A DNA stretch of 64,000 nucleotides from Ruminococcus sp. (GTDB lineage: Bacteria > Bacillota > Clostridia > Oscillospirales > Ruminococcaceae), in contig JAZUGG010000121.1 in the NCBI GenBank assembly GCA_045641105.1, positions 3,670 to 67,669 of the forward strand, written 5' to 3'. Within the stretch, counting starts at the first letter, position 1, and every line of letters begins with the position of its first letter. The translations under genes were made by a program, and so were the position numbers. The notes beneath the pieces are model-generated. The model searched no databases. It saw only the letters and a program-made list of their open reading frames with translations, and had not been told where the DNA came from. Positions 17,885-28,290 of this stretch are shown in pieces.

Positions 17885-19804
17885 TTACTTTATATCGTCA
17901 AAAGAATCAATGTCCGAAACAGATGACAATGCATAGTATCTGAGAATATCAGAAGCATCACGGGCATCAACTGTTCCGTCCTTGTTGACATTGGCAGCCT
18001 TTATCTGTGCAGGAGCGAATGAAGCGCCGACTGCTGTTGAAGAATTGGCATATTCGGCAAGTACGGCAGAAGCATCTCTTGCATCAATAGTTGAGTCATT
18101 GTTTACATCACCAAGTATAAACTCATCTGATTCTGCATCAGGCGTTCTGAACTGAATATCGTTTTCCTTTGCATAGGTTTCTGCATAACTTCCTGTATTT
18201 CCGATAATAACAGCATTTGGACAGTTTGCAAAAGCATTATCGCCGATAGATGTGATAGTGTCAGGCAGTGTGATTTTTTTCAGTGAAGAAAAATCTGCAA
18301 AACAATCATCTGGAATATTTGTTCCGTCAGTAATGACGATTTCTTCAAGTGACTTCGGGATATATCCGATTGATTCATAAAATCTGTCGTCATTATTTAA
18401 TGTATCAGACATGAAAAGGTTTTGCTGAAAATTCAACATATCTGTAATATTTGAAATAGGAAATGTTATTTTTTTAAGGTTAGCACATCCGAAGCAAATT
18501 CCTTCTGTTCTGTCGGATTTGCCGAAAGCAGACGGGAATGATATTTCTGTAAGACCGTCACAATTCCTGAATGCTCTTGAACCTATGTATGTCACGCTTT
18601 CAGGAATTACAAGACTGCCGAAATTCATTGATTTACAGCCTGAAAAAGCACTGTCTCCGATATAAGTGATCTTGTCTGATATCTTGAAATCCTTTATATC
18701 AAGTGATTCACACGCACCGAACATATCGTTGGAAAATTTAGTTAGACTATCAGGAATATTAATAGTTTTAAGAGATGTACATTTCATAAATGCTCTGTCA
18801 CCTATTTCTGTGACACTATCGGGAATGTTGATCTCTTCAAGTGATTCGCAGAATGAAAATGCACCAGTACCGATAGATTTGATACTTTCAGGCAGAGTTA
18901 TTGATTTGAGAGAAGCAGCGCCTTGACAAATGCCGTCAGGGATTGCATCACAATCGGTAATAATAAGAGTGGTGAAAGATTTTGGAATAAACACACCTTG
19001 CTGATTTCTGATATAATTTTCGTCAGTACTTCTGTCATAAACGACTTCGTCAGTATCAGGATATGACAATATTACTCCATATGAAACGCCAAAAAATAAA
19101 TCTATGATATCTGTATTGGTATCACAAGGAGAAATGCCTATATATGGAAGAGTTACTTTTTCAATGGCGATATCTTCATAGAAAAGCTCTGTGCCAAGTT
19201 TTTCAATGCCATTGGGAATAACGATTTCTTTAAGTGAAGAACACCACCCGAATGCCATATCACCAATTTCTTTGAGAGACTGCGGCAGATCAATTTTTTC
19301 AAGTGAAGAACAGTTTTCAAAAGCTTTTTTTTCGATTTTAGTAAGTGTATCCGGAAGAATGATCTCCTTAAGATTTTTGCAGTCTGAAAAAGCTGATTCT
19401 CCTATACTTTCTATACCGCCTGAAAAAGTTACTTTTTCAAGTGAAGTACAGGATGAAAAAGCTGAGTAACCGACTTCCTTCAGAGTTTTAGGCAGAGTGA
19501 CAGCAGTAATCTTATCACAGAACCAGAAAGCGCTTTCTCTGATCTCAGTAACAGGTCTGCCCTTGATAGTTTCAGGGATAACAAGCTCACCCTTGACTGA
19601 ATCCTGACAGTCAAGAATGACAACATGATCCGATTTAACGTCATAGTCAATGCCGTCAAACAAGACTTCACCCTCAAATTCAAGTTCATCTTCTGCGGCA
19701 TAAGCGGTAACAGAAGAATTTGTGAACGAGCTGCCGTTTGTCATGAAAGCAGTACCGACAATAGCAAGTGCCGTGATCATTGTGAGAGTTTTTTTGATTT
19801 TCAT
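17885..19804 (-). CDS. BspA-type leucine-rich-repeat (LRR_5) protein with C-terminal dockerin
   Basis: Signal peptide; repeated LxxIxLPxxLxxIGxxAFxxC; dockerin GDVNNDSTIDARDAS...ANVNKDGTVDARDAS. Confidence 0.88.
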   Translation of the reverse strand: MKIKKTLTMITALAIVGTAFMTNGSSFTNSSVTAYAAEDELEFEGEVLFDGIDYDVKSDHVVILDCQDSVKGELVIPETIKGRPVTEIRESAFWFCDKITAVTLPKTLKEVGYSAFSSCTSLEKVTFSGGIESIGESAFSDCKNLKEIILPDTLTKIEKKAFENCSSLEKIDLPQSLKEIGDMAFGWCSSLKEIVIPNGIEKLGTELFYEDIAIEKVTLPYIGISPCDTNTDIIDLFFGVSYGVILSYPDTDEVVYDRSTDENYIRNQQGVFIPKSFTTLIITDCDAIPDGICQGAASLKSITLPESIKSIGTGAFSFCESLEEINIPDSVTEIGDRAFMKCTSLKTINIPDSLTKFSNDMFGACESLDIKDFKISDKITYIGDSAFSGCKSMNFGSLVIPESVTYIGSRAFRNCDGLTEISFPSAFGKSDRTEGICFGCANLKKITFPISNITDMLNFQQNLFMSDTLNNDDRFYESIGYIPKSLEEIVITDGTNIPDDCFADFSSLKKITLPDTITSIGDNAFANCPNAVIIGNTGSYAETYAKENDIQFRTPDAESDEFILGDVNNDSTIDARDASAVLAEYANSSTAVGASFAPAQIKAANVNKDGTVDARDASDILRYYALSSVSDIDSFDDIK

Positions 19805-19957
19805 AAAAGTATCCATCCTTATATAATATTAGTTTCGGAAAAAATAAGTTCCCCAACGTTTTCCAAAACTTTGCTATTATTTTATCATTTTATATTTAAT
19901 TTGTCAATCTGTATTAGTAAAGTATATGCTGCTATAGCTGTATGTTATTATCATATT

Positions 19958-19996
19958 GCAAAAAGCTGATGTACGAATTCTGCACATCAGCTTTGC
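19958..19996 (-). terminator. Terminator after the GH43 gene
   Basis: AAAGCTGATGT / ACATCAGCTTT inverted repeat with a T run on the minus strand. Confidence 0.7.
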
Positions 19997-19998
19997 AT

Positions 19999-22218
19999 TC
20001 AGTTCATAAGACTGCGCATTACTATGAGGTCATATAAATCGATTTCGCCGTCATTGCACAGATCAGCGGCATATGTATCAGTTATGCTGCCGTTTCCGAG
20101 GAGATATGACTGCATCATAACAAGGTCAGCTATTGAAAATTCACCGTCATCATTTATATCACCAACTATTTTCTGCGGTTCAGGGATAACTTCTTCCATT
20201 ATCCAGTCCTGACAGTTGAAGCCGTTGACCTCCCATTCCTGAATATTTGCGCCGCTGTCGGTCTTGCCGTCAACGACCTCCACACAGCTTGTGCCGTTTG
20301 TGATTTTGGTACGTATCTTTACTGAGCCGTCAGGATTTTCAGTAAGCTGATACTTCTGGTTGTCGCCGCCTGTGAGCGTATAGAGGGCAATATTCGTGCC
20401 GTTTGCAGTTTTCTTTGATGTTACATCGAGGAGAGTATCATTATCAGTATAAATGCTGCAATAGCCGTCGCCAACATCACGGAAAGTCCATACAGTTCCG
20501 TTTTCTGTCTGTTCGACGTTTGCGCCTGATTCGTTAGTAACCGCTGTCATATATAATCCGCTGTTGACATTTTTCAGTCTGAATCTGCTTCCGTCAACTA
20601 TATTTTTTATGCTCAGAGGTGAACGTGGAGAGCCGCTGTAAGCAGTAGTCTTATTGCCCCATATGGTCTGATTATTATTTCCCACAGCTGTGAATGACAT
20701 GATCTTTGTGCCTTTTTCATTCTGGGCGGCGAGAAATTTTCCGTGATATTCCTGATTGCCGATATTTAGTATTGCATCGGCAGAATCGGGAAGTTCACGC
20801 CATGTTCCGCTGACTGCGCCCGAGATATTTCCGTCAGCAGACAGGGTAATGGTACTGCTGCTGTGAATGGTTTTGTCAGTATCATTTCCGTGGTTGATAA
20901 ATTCATATGTACCTGCGATATCAGCGGCTTCATAGCCTGTTTCATCGATTTCGTCGCCGCAGTATTCATTAGGCGAGACAACGCACCAGCCGTCATTTGT
21001 AAACTGCATGGAATGAACTCTGACCTCATGATATTCAGTACCGCTGTTGAAGCGTGTGTGGTAAACGAGATACCATTTGCCGTCATCATCACGCAGAACT
21101 GAATTGTGACCGCCTGCCATATAAGCTGTATCAAGAGTGCTGAATTTATAGTTGCCCATGACCTTCAGACCAACGCTGTCAAGATTGGAATTAGCCGAAA
21201 GTACAGCATTGTTTCCTTTGGCATCTTTAAACGGGCCAAGAGGGGACTGCGAACGGAAAACTCGCATATTATAGCCTCCCTGAGCAGTAAGACCGCCGTA
21301 TGTTACCCAAAGGTAGTAATATCCTGTATCAGGATTATATTCAATGAACGGCCCTTCACCTGATTTGCCGTAACCGCCTGATATTTTCGTGCCGAAGTAG
21401 CTGTCAACCATTCTGCCGTCAGTGGTATTTCCGGATTCAGGGTGAATGCATTTTCCTGTTTTTTTATCGATTTCAAGAGAGAAAATTCCGCCTGACCATG
21501 AACCATAGCTCATGTACATTCTGCCGTTAGTATCGAAATAGATATTTGGATCAATGGCATTTGGGAAAAGCTGATTATTGAAGTTGTTATTGCTGAACCA
21601 GCCGTTATTGAATGTGACTTCACCTGACGACATCAGTTCGTCAATATTTGTGGAGGTATACTTTTTGTTTACATTTTTCGTTGAACTTCTGACATACTGA
21701 TCGCTGCCGGTAAATCCCGAATAGATCAAAGTATCAACAAAAGTATAAGGACCTTCGATATTCTGAGAAACAGCGTATCCGATAACTGAACGTATATAAG
21801 TTGATGATGTGCAGAAGTACATCATGTAGGCGCCTGTTGAGCCGTCGGGATTAACGTAGTCGGAATTCCATACAACATCAGGTGCCCAGACAGCAAAACC
21901 GCCCTCACAGTCCTCAAGATTTTCGCCGCTCCAGTCAAAGGCTTTTTTCAGATTTGATGAAAGATTGCCAAATTCTACATTATTTGTCGTAGTATAGCCG
22001 TTTGCAAAGCTTTGCCAGTTCATAAGGTCAGAGGAACGTGCCGCCTCTATGTGTGAGCCGAAAACATAGTATTTGTTTGTCTGAACATCTTTCACAATAG
22101 ACGGATCATGTACTGAAACCCGTGCGTGAGAGACAGCATAAGCGGGTATGACTGAAAGCTTAGAGCCTGAAATCAGGAACAGACCTGTCAAAGCCGCCGC
22201 AATAATTTTTTTGAACAT
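19999..22218 (-). CDS. GH43 glycoside hydrolase (probable endo-arabinanase) + CBM13 ricin module + dockerin
   Basis: VHDPSI, VWAPDV, NAIDP and GEGP carry the GH43 D/D/E triad; QKYQL/QDW ricin repeats; dockerin GDINDDGEFSIADL...ADLCNDGEIDLYDL. Start at MFKKII (RBS GGAG). Confidence 0.9.
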   Translation of the reverse strand: MFKKIIAAALTGLFLISGSKLSVIPAYAVSHARVSVHDPSIVKDVQTNKYYVFGSHIEAARSSDLMNWQSFANGYTTTNNVEFGNLSSNLKKAFDWSGENLEDCEGGFAVWAPDVVWNSDYVNPDGSTGAYMMYFCTSSTYIRSVIGYAVSQNIEGPYTFVDTLIYSGFTGSDQYVRSSTKNVNKKYTSTNIDELMSSGEVTFNNGWFSNNNFNNQLFPNAIDPNIYFDTNGRMYMSYGSWSGGIFSLEIDKKTGKCIHPESGNTTDGRMVDSYFGTKISGGYGKSGEGPFIEYNPDTGYYYLWVTYGGLTAQGGYNMRVFRSQSPLGPFKDAKGNNAVLSANSNLDSVGLKVMGNYKFSTLDTAYMAGGHNSVLRDDDGKWYLVYHTRFNSGTEYHEVRVHSMQFTNDGWCVVSPNEYCGDEIDETGYEAADIAGTYEFINHGNDTDKTIHSSSTITLSADGNISGAVSGTWRELPDSADAILNIGNQEYHGKFLAAQNEKGTKIMSFTAVGNNNQTIWGNKTTAYSGSPRSPLSIKNIVDGSRFRLKNVNSGLYMTAVTNESGANVEQTENGTVWTFRDVGDGYCSIYTDNDTLLDVTSKKTANGTNIALYTLTGGDNQKYQLTENPDGSVKIRTKITNGTSCVEVVDGKTDSGANIQEWEVNGFNCQDWIMEEVIPEPQKIVGDINDDGEFSIADLVMMQSYLLGNGSITDTYAADLCNDGEIDLYDLIVMRSLMN

Positions 22219-22417
22219 AGTGATCACTCCAAAATAAATAATTTATCCCCTTTATACAATTGTAGCAAAACAAAGTAAAATGGTCAATGATACATTATAC
22301 TATATTTATAACATTTCATGCCATAATCAGTTTATGTATATTTATAGCTTGACAAAATGCGGAAAATATGTAAGAATATAAATGAGGAACAGTTTTAAGA
22401 AAGAGAGACTGATAACT

Positions 22418-22960
22418 ATGCAGATAAAGAATCATGATGACAAAAGCGGTTTCACAATTTTAGATGGCGAAACGGTAATTCCTGTTAATGTTGAGAACTT
22501 TTACAATGCGATTCAGCTTGATGATATATATATTTCCGTAGTTTCAGATGCTGAGGGCTACACAAGAAAATGTTTTGACAAAAGCGGCAGAGAGATATTT
22601 TCAATTATTTCAGGTCAGGACAGAATGATATTTCTTGGAAATGAGATATCGCTTGACTGCAATTTTGTAACAGCTGATCTGTATTGTCCTGAGCAGAAAC
22701 TTGTACTGCTTGCAAATAATACCGATAAATCCGGAAGAAAGCATCATTCCATATATGTTTTTGACAAAGAAAGCATGCTTCTTAAAACGGTGAACGAGCC
22801 TGTCAAAACCGATGACAGACGTGTTGAATGGTGTTCATTATACTACAAAAGCGGCGAAATGCTTATAAAAGGTGTGGAATATCTTTACAGCGGCGGTGAA
22901 TGCTACGAGCGGAACAAACTGCATTTCAGGCTTGATATGGAAAAATATACAGTTGAATAA
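22418..22960 (+). CDS. Hypothetical protein
   Basis: 180 aa ORF with TTGACA upstream and a terminator downstream; no recognised motif. Confidence 0.65.
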   Translation: MQIKNHDDKSGFTILDGETVIPVNVENFYNAIQLDDIYISVVSDAEGYTRKCFDKSGREIFSIISGQDRMIFLGNEISLDCNFVTADLYCPEQKLVLLANNTDKSGRKHHSIYVFDKESMLLKTVNEPVKTDDRRVEWCSLYYKSGEMLIKGVEYLYSGGECYERNKLHFRLDMEKYTVE

Positions 22961-22964
22961 AAAT

Positions 22965-23000
22965 AAGCGGCACTGCGTAATTGACAGTGCCGATTTTTAT
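22965..23000. terminator. Terminator between convergent genes
   Basis: CGGCACTG-loop-CAGTGCCG followed by ATTTTT. Confidence 0.7.
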
Positions 23001-24190
23001 TATCTGAAGCGTTCATTTGCAAGCTCAATATACTGACTGCGTGTGATTCCGCCGAATTTACATGAAAAATCATCACATGGGCATGAAGCGTCAAGTCCGA
23101 AATATTCTGTGATTCGTTTTTTCAGTTCATCTGCCTTTGAGGAGGTGACAGTAATTTCGCCTTTTTTCAGGTCGTTATCATTGTATTGTATAAAAAGGTG
23201 CATCCCGTAACTGCTCATGTCGGTTTCAGCATCAAAAATCTGCTCAAATTCGTCGCCAAGTTCATGATATGTCAGTCCCCATGAAATGCTTTTGAAGTAT
23301 GAAGATGCCGAAAATCCAAGGTCTATGTCACTTTTCTCAAGAGCTTTATGAGCGGCTATGGGATATGTTCCCCATAAAATTTCATTATCCTGTGCAAATT
23401 CGCAGTCAAGCATAGGAATACCGCACAATTCTTGAGCAGTCATGTCAGGGTTATCAGTTACGATTGCAAACTGCCTGTATACTATCGGCTGTGCCATGAC
23501 CTTTTGCAAAGGATGATTTTTGTCCAGTTCCTCCCATTTGAGGATATCCCTCACCTTGCCTAAGATAAGGCAGTAGGTGTACAGCGTGGGAGTGATTTGT
23601 ATGCGGAAAATGTCGCCTGCCCTGAATTTTACGTGGGGGCGGTCAATGGTTCTGAAACGCTGGATAACATCGTCATAGTTTTCTGGGCATGAGCTGATAT
23701 AATCCTCCGTCAGCCTGATAAAATCGTCCTTGCTGTTCATATTGTCTGACAGAACGGGAAGTATCTGGTCATTTTTAGGATTGAATACAGAAATGCCGCT
23801 GTTTTTTTGGCATAGTGCCACTTCTAAAGTAGCACGGCTGTATGTGGGATTCTGCAAAGAAGTCGGGGTGAGAGATTTGTTTTTGCCACGTTCCGTTTTA
23901 GGAATAAGCAGTTTCCTGTCAACAGTTTCAGCTTCTACATCAGTTTCACGGTAAACCTGACCGCCATTCAGAGAATTTTTCTCCTCAAAAATCATCTTTT
24001 TCACTGAATTGCCGTCAAAAAACATAATAGTCCGCTTATAGAAACAATGAGTGACGGAATAGAAAGTCATGCTTTCCCATTTTGAGTCAATGGGCGCAAG
24101 ACCGTAGTAATAGCGGTATCTGTCATTCAGATCGACAGCGAATTCGCCGTCAGTGAAATATTCTTCAGCTCTGGATTTTTTCTCAGCCAT
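23000..24190 (-). CDS. Imm26-like immunity-family protein
   Basis: N-terminal LNDRYRYYYGL.PI...W and central FRAGDIFRIQI...YCLILG match my recollection of Imm26/HocA-annotated proteins. Confidence 0.65.
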   Translation of the reverse strand: MAEKKSRAEEYFTDGEFAVDLNDRYRYYYGLAPIDSKWESMTFYSVTHCFYKRTIMFFDGNSVKKMIFEEKNSLNGGQVYRETDVEAETVDRKLLIPKTERGKNKSLTPTSLQNPTYSRATLEVALCQKNSGISVFNPKNDQILPVLSDNMNSKDDFIRLTEDYISSCPENYDDVIQRFRTIDRPHVKFRAGDIFRIQITPTLYTYCLILGKVRDILKWEELDKNHPLQKVMAQPIVYRQFAIVTDNPDMTAQELCGIPMLDCEFAQDNEILWGTYPIAAHKALEKSDIDLGFSASSYFKSISWGLTYHELGDEFEQIFDAETDMSSYGMHLFIQYNDNDLKKGEITVTSSKADELKKRITEYFGLDASCPCDDFSCKFGGITRSQYIELANERFR

Positions 24191-24219
24191 TTCTGTACCT
24201 CCTGTTTAATGTTCCATAT

Positions 24220-24756
24220 TTACTCCTTATCAGCATAATTCATGGATTTGCCCGATGCAGGATCATAGTATCCGTAGTGTTCAAGTGCATATCTTAATCG
24301 TGATGAATTAGGGCCATGATCATTAAAAGATCCGACATAAAGTATCCTGTTATCCGAAAACGTAATTTCCAGACCATGTTCAGGTTCCCAGCAGCAGCTT
24401 CCGCTGACATGAAATTCTATTCTGTCCTGACGGCATTTTTTATCCACGATCAGCAAATTTATATGAATGTGCGAAAAAATTGTGTTTTCATCCATTAATC
24501 CCCATTCTTCAAGTTTCTTTGTATCATAGTACTGTTCATAATCCCTGAAATATCTGAGAAGATACCTGCGGAGTTTCTTTTCCGTTTCATCAGGCAAATT
24601 ATCCAAATAGGAAAGGCATTTCTCCGCATATGGCAACTGTTCCATTGAATCACAAGTCAAAGAAAAATTCCCTCCCCATTTCCGGGAGTCCGTCGTGCCG
24701 TCTACTGTATTCCAGCAAGTTTCGTTTATATTACGTATATTATATTTTGTTTCCAT
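24220..24756 (-). CDS. DUF6985-like protein (putative immunity protein)
   Basis: SGSCCWEPEHGLEITF motif; RBS GGAGGT before METKY. Confidence 0.65.
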   Translation of the reverse strand: METKYNIRNINETCWNTVDGTTDSRKWGGNFSLTCDSMEQLPYAEKCLSYLDNLPDETEKKLRRYLLRYFRDYEQYYDTKKLEEWGLMDENTIFSHIHINLLIVDKKCRQDRIEFHVSGSCCWEPEHGLEITFSDNRILYVGSFNDHGPNSSRLRYALEHYGYYDPASGKSMNYADKE

Positions 24757-25108
24757 GATAATTACCTCCGAAATTTTGTAAATATCTATGATAAACTCCA
24801 AAAAAGATTGAAGTTTCGTTAATTTGCCGAATATCTTGTTTTATTTTTGTACATTTTGTGCATTGAATTGTATAGAATTTATCTTAAATCAGATTGCATT
24901 TTTAATTATAACGCTGAAATATGTGCGGGTAAACTATGACGAAAATGAGAGTATCAGCGAGAAAAAACGAGAATAGTCATTATATATTCAAAAAACAAAT
25001 GAATATGAAAATTTGTGAAAATGTTTGCAAATGGGGAATAAACCTGTTATAATAGCTTTGTTGGCATAAGCTTGTTATGTCACAGATAAGAAAAGAGAGG
25101 TTTAAATT

Positions 25109-25954
25109 ATGAAAAAGACAAAGATGTTAGCAGGAATTCTTGCATTATCAATGATTTTTGCAGGCTGCGGCAAGACAGACGACGAAAACAAGGATTCTTC
25201 AACAGAAGCAACTACTGTTGCAACAACAGAAGCAGAGACAACAGAAGAAGCTACAACAGAAGCTGAAACTACAACAGAGGCTGAGGAGCTTGGCGAAGAA
25301 GATCCTGAGGAAGAAGAACCAGCAAGCGAAGAAGAACTTCAGGAAGTAAAGGCTCTTATTGCTGCATATGAAACTGCTTTAAAGGCAGATGACTATGAGA
25401 CAATGGTTGACTTAACTGACGTAGAGCTTCTTCAGTACATAACAAAAGGCACAGAAGGCACAAAGGAAGAACTTACTGCACTTTTAAAGGGTGAGACCGG
25501 CGATGAAAATACAATCGTTGTTAAGCAGGATTACTCAAATACAGTATTTGGTGAACCACACTGCTATAACTCACAGGCTAAGATGTTTAATGATTTCCTT
25601 GCAAGTGATGCAATTGCATTTTTTGCTGAGGAAGGCGAAGGCGTAACAGATGCTGCTGACAAGTACACAATTGATGGCCTTTATTCATTCAGTATGTCAT
25701 CTGACACAACTGCTAATGCTGAAACATCATCTGAAACTGAAGACGGCGAAGGCAGTATGTCATTCAGTTCAAACGGCAGCTTTGATATTGATATGTATGC
25801 TGTTCGCATCAACGGCGAATGGAAGATAGATTCAGGCTTTATTATGGTTGCCGGTATGTATCAGGCATTCAGCGGCATGGCTGATGAAGATGCTGAGATC
25901 GGCTTTGACACAGAAGATGCTGAAACTGAGGAAGCAACAACAGAAGCTGAATAA
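25109..25954 (+). CDS. Highly acidic lipoprotein with Thr/Glu-rich repeats
   Basis: Lipobox FAGC; EATTEAE-type repeats at both ends; promoter TTGCAA-17-TATAAT at 25025-25053. Confidence 0.8.
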   Translation: MKKTKMLAGILALSMIFAGCGKTDDENKDSSTEATTVATTEAETTEEATTEAETTTEAEELGEEDPEEEEPASEEELQEVKALIAAYETALKADDYETMVDLTDVELLQYITKGTEGTKEELTALLKGETGDENTIVVKQDYSNTVFGEPHCYNSQAKMFNDFLASDAIAFFAEEGEGVTDAADKYTIDGLYSFSMSSDTTANAETSSETEDGEGSMSFSSNGSFDIDMYAVRINGEWKIDSGFIMVAGMYQAFSGMADEDAEIGFDTEDAETEEATTEAE

Positions 25955-25976
25955 TCAACAATTGTACAAACAAGTG

Positions 25977-26013
25977 ACAGCCGCAGTTCTTTTTGAACTG
26001 CGGCTGTATTTTT
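25977..26013. terminator. Bidirectional terminator
   Basis: ACAGCCGCAGTTC-TTTTT-GAACTGCGGCTGT. Confidence 0.85.
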
Positions 26014-26017
26014 GTTA

Positions 26018-27046
26018 TCAGAGCATATCAGCCATTTCAAGGATAAGCTTTTCGGTCTTTTCCCAGCCAAGGCACGGATCTGTAATGGATTTTCCATAGA
26101 TGTGCTCGTCAATTTTCTGAGAACCGTCCTCAATATAGCTTTCGATCATGAAGCCTTTGACAAGTTTTCTGATATTGTTGTTATAGCGGCAGTTATTGAG
26201 CACTTCCTTGAGGATACGTGGCTGCTCAAATGGATGTTTGCCTGAATTACTGTGATTTGTATCGATAATAACGGCAGGATTTGCGAATCCCTTCTGAGCA
26301 TACATATCAGAAAGAAGAATGAGGTCTTCATAATGATAGTTAGGCATACTCTGACCGTGGTGATTTTCAAAGCCTCTGAGAATTGCGTGAGCGAGCGGAT
26401 TGCCGCTTGTGCTTACTTCCCATCCTCTGTAAAGGAAGGTATGCGAAGCCTGTGCAGCTTCAATAGAGTTCATGAGAACGTTCATACTTCCGCTTATCGG
26501 GTTTTTGAGTCCGACAGGGATATTCAGACCGCTTGCTGTAAGACGGTGCTGCTGATTCTCAACGGAACGAGCGCCGACAGCAACATATCCCAGCAAGTCA
26601 TTGAGATATCTGTGATTTTCAGGATAGAGCATTTCGTCAGCACAGGTGAAGCCTGTTTCCTGAATAGCACGGAGATGAAGCTTACGGATAGCAACAATTC
26701 CCTTGTACATATCAGGCTCTTTGTCAGGATCGGGCTGATGGAGCATACCCTTATAGCCTTTGCCTGTAGTTCTCGGTTTATTAGTATAGATACGTGGAAC
26801 TATGAGTATTTTTTCGCTGACTTTTTCCTGAATGGCTCTGAGTCTGCTGATATAGTCAATAACGCTGTCCTCATGGTCGGCAGAACACGGACCTATAATG
26901 AGGAGCATTCTGTCATCAGCGCTTGTGATGATATCAGCGATTTGTTTATTTCTGTTATTGATGACCTTCTGGTTTTCTTCAGAAACAGCATACTGTTCCT
27001 TGACTTCCTTTGGAATAGGAAGCTTGCATTTGAAATTCATATTCAT
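26018..27046 (-). CDS. aroF: 3-deoxy-7-phosphoheptulonate (DAHP) synthase, class I
   Basis: IIGPCS, RIYTNKPRTT..GYKG, AVGARS, PVGLKNP, HAILRG, IDTNHSNS, MIESY, SITDPCLGW. Confidence 0.9.
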   Translation of the reverse strand: MNMNFKCKLPIPKEVKEQYAVSEENQKVINNRNKQIADIITSADDRMLLIIGPCSADHEDSVIDYISRLRAIQEKVSEKILIVPRIYTNKPRTTGKGYKGMLHQPDPDKEPDMYKGIVAIRKLHLRAIQETGFTCADEMLYPENHRYLNDLLGYVAVGARSVENQQHRLTASGLNIPVGLKNPISGSMNVLMNSIEAAQASHTFLYRGWEVSTSGNPLAHAILRGFENHHGQSMPNYHYEDLILLSDMYAQKGFANPAVIIDTNHSNSGKHPFEQPRILKEVLNNCRYNNNIRKLVKGFMIESYIEDGSQKIDEHIYGKSITDPCLGWEKTEKLILEMADML

Positions 27047-27146
27047 ATTCTTATCTCCTTCTTTCAAAAACGATATGAACATTTTTTCATATTGTCATCT
27101 TTATTATAACACAAATCAGCATATATTTCAATGCTGATTTTATATT

Positions 27147-28250
27147 TCATATATTGAATTTTGGACTGCCGTCAAAAATGTGGAGTGTATTTAAATTTTT
27201 TGCATGGCTGAGAAGTGTTTCGGCATCATGTTCAACAGCAAAATCGTATTCAGCTTTTGTGAGCGGTACAGCCCATAGCAGATTTACTTTTGTACCGTCC
27301 TGAAAACGTGGGTATTCAGGTTTTTCAATGCCTTTTGTCATATCGGGATTAACGAAAAGTACAGCATCAAAGCCTTTCAGCTTATTGAAAGGAATTGTGT
27401 GACCGTGAGCGAAAAAAGTATATTCAATCCACGGATATTCGGTATAGTTCCCAAGAATTCCTGCCATAGGCTGAAGAAGCTGACGGTATCTGGTATCAGC
27501 GGCAAAACCAAATTCGGTACGCTGATAATCGGCTGATTTTTCACCGACATACATTTCAACCTTCGGCATAGCGGCAAGGCTTGCGCCTATAGTAAGGCAG
27601 TAACAGGTATTATTGCGTGAACCTGAAACCACTGCTTTTGACGGAAAGCGTTTTTTGCTGATGTCAAAGTCGTTTCCGTGGACATTGAGAAATTTTAGTA
27701 TTCCCGTAAGCTGATTCATCATATATTTTTTTGAAGTTTCGATAGTTCCGAAGTTATTCCAGAGTTTTCTGCCTTTTTCCACACGTTCCATAAGGTTTGC
27801 AGCGGCATTTTTCATTTCCCAAGCATATCTTCCTGTGCCGACAGCATATTTTGAATAGCCGTGGAAATCTTTGTATCCGCTCCATTCAGGAATGACACAG
27901 ATGAGTTCACTGCCGCAGAGAAGGGCAGCAGCGTTGCCCTGTTCAAACCATACAATAGAAAGCTTTTCGTCATCAAGGTCAATGCCGTTGATATCATGGC
28001 ATATGGAATCGGCAGTCATCATAGGGGCGTTGCCGTTTTTCATTGAATTCGGATCAAATGTCTGAGGCGCAGTTTTTCTGTTGCATATCCAGCAGACGTT
28101 CATGATCTTTTTAACGGGTTCAAAAAGATAAAAGTAATATGTCAAGTCGCTTTTTTCGACAAAAGCCTGCATATTGCAGACAGGGGATTCGCTTTCGCAG
28201 ACCACTAAAGGCTTGTTAACGTCTGCATTAAAATTATCAGTAGTATTCAT
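27147..28250 (-). CDS. Suppressor-of-fused (SUFU) domain protein
   Basis: CWICN, WFEQGNAAAL, VIPEWSG in the N-terminus; FAHGHTI and VNLLWAVPLTKAEYDFA in the C-terminal SUFU-like part. Confidence 0.75.
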   Translation of the reverse strand: MNTTDNFNADVNKPLVVCESESPVCNMQAFVEKSDLTYYFYLFEPVKKIMNVCWICNRKTAPQTFDPNSMKNGNAPMMTADSICHDINGIDLDDEKLSIVWFEQGNAAALLCGSELICVIPEWSGYKDFHGYSKYAVGTGRYAWEMKNAAANLMERVEKGRKLWNNFGTIETSKKYMMNQLTGILKFLNVHGNDFDISKKRFPSKAVVSGSRNNTCYCLTIGASLAAMPKVEMYVGEKSADYQRTEFGFAADTRYRQLLQPMAGILGNYTEYPWIEYTFFAHGHTIPFNKLKGFDAVLFVNPDMTKGIEKPEYPRFQDGTKVNLLWAVPLTKAEYDFAVEHDAETLLSHAKNLNTLHIFDGSPKFNI

Positions 28251-28290
28251 TCTTCCTCATCTTTCATATAAAAAGGGATTTATATTTTGT

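Noticed and set aside
25195-25300. Short tandem ACAACAGAAG-type repeats as a possible CRISPR or VNTR
   Set aside because: They are codon-level repeats of the Thr/Glu linker; there are no constant repeats with unique spacers and no cas genes.
26252-27109. 285-aa plus-strand ORF
   Set aside because: Antisense shadow of the DAHP synthase.
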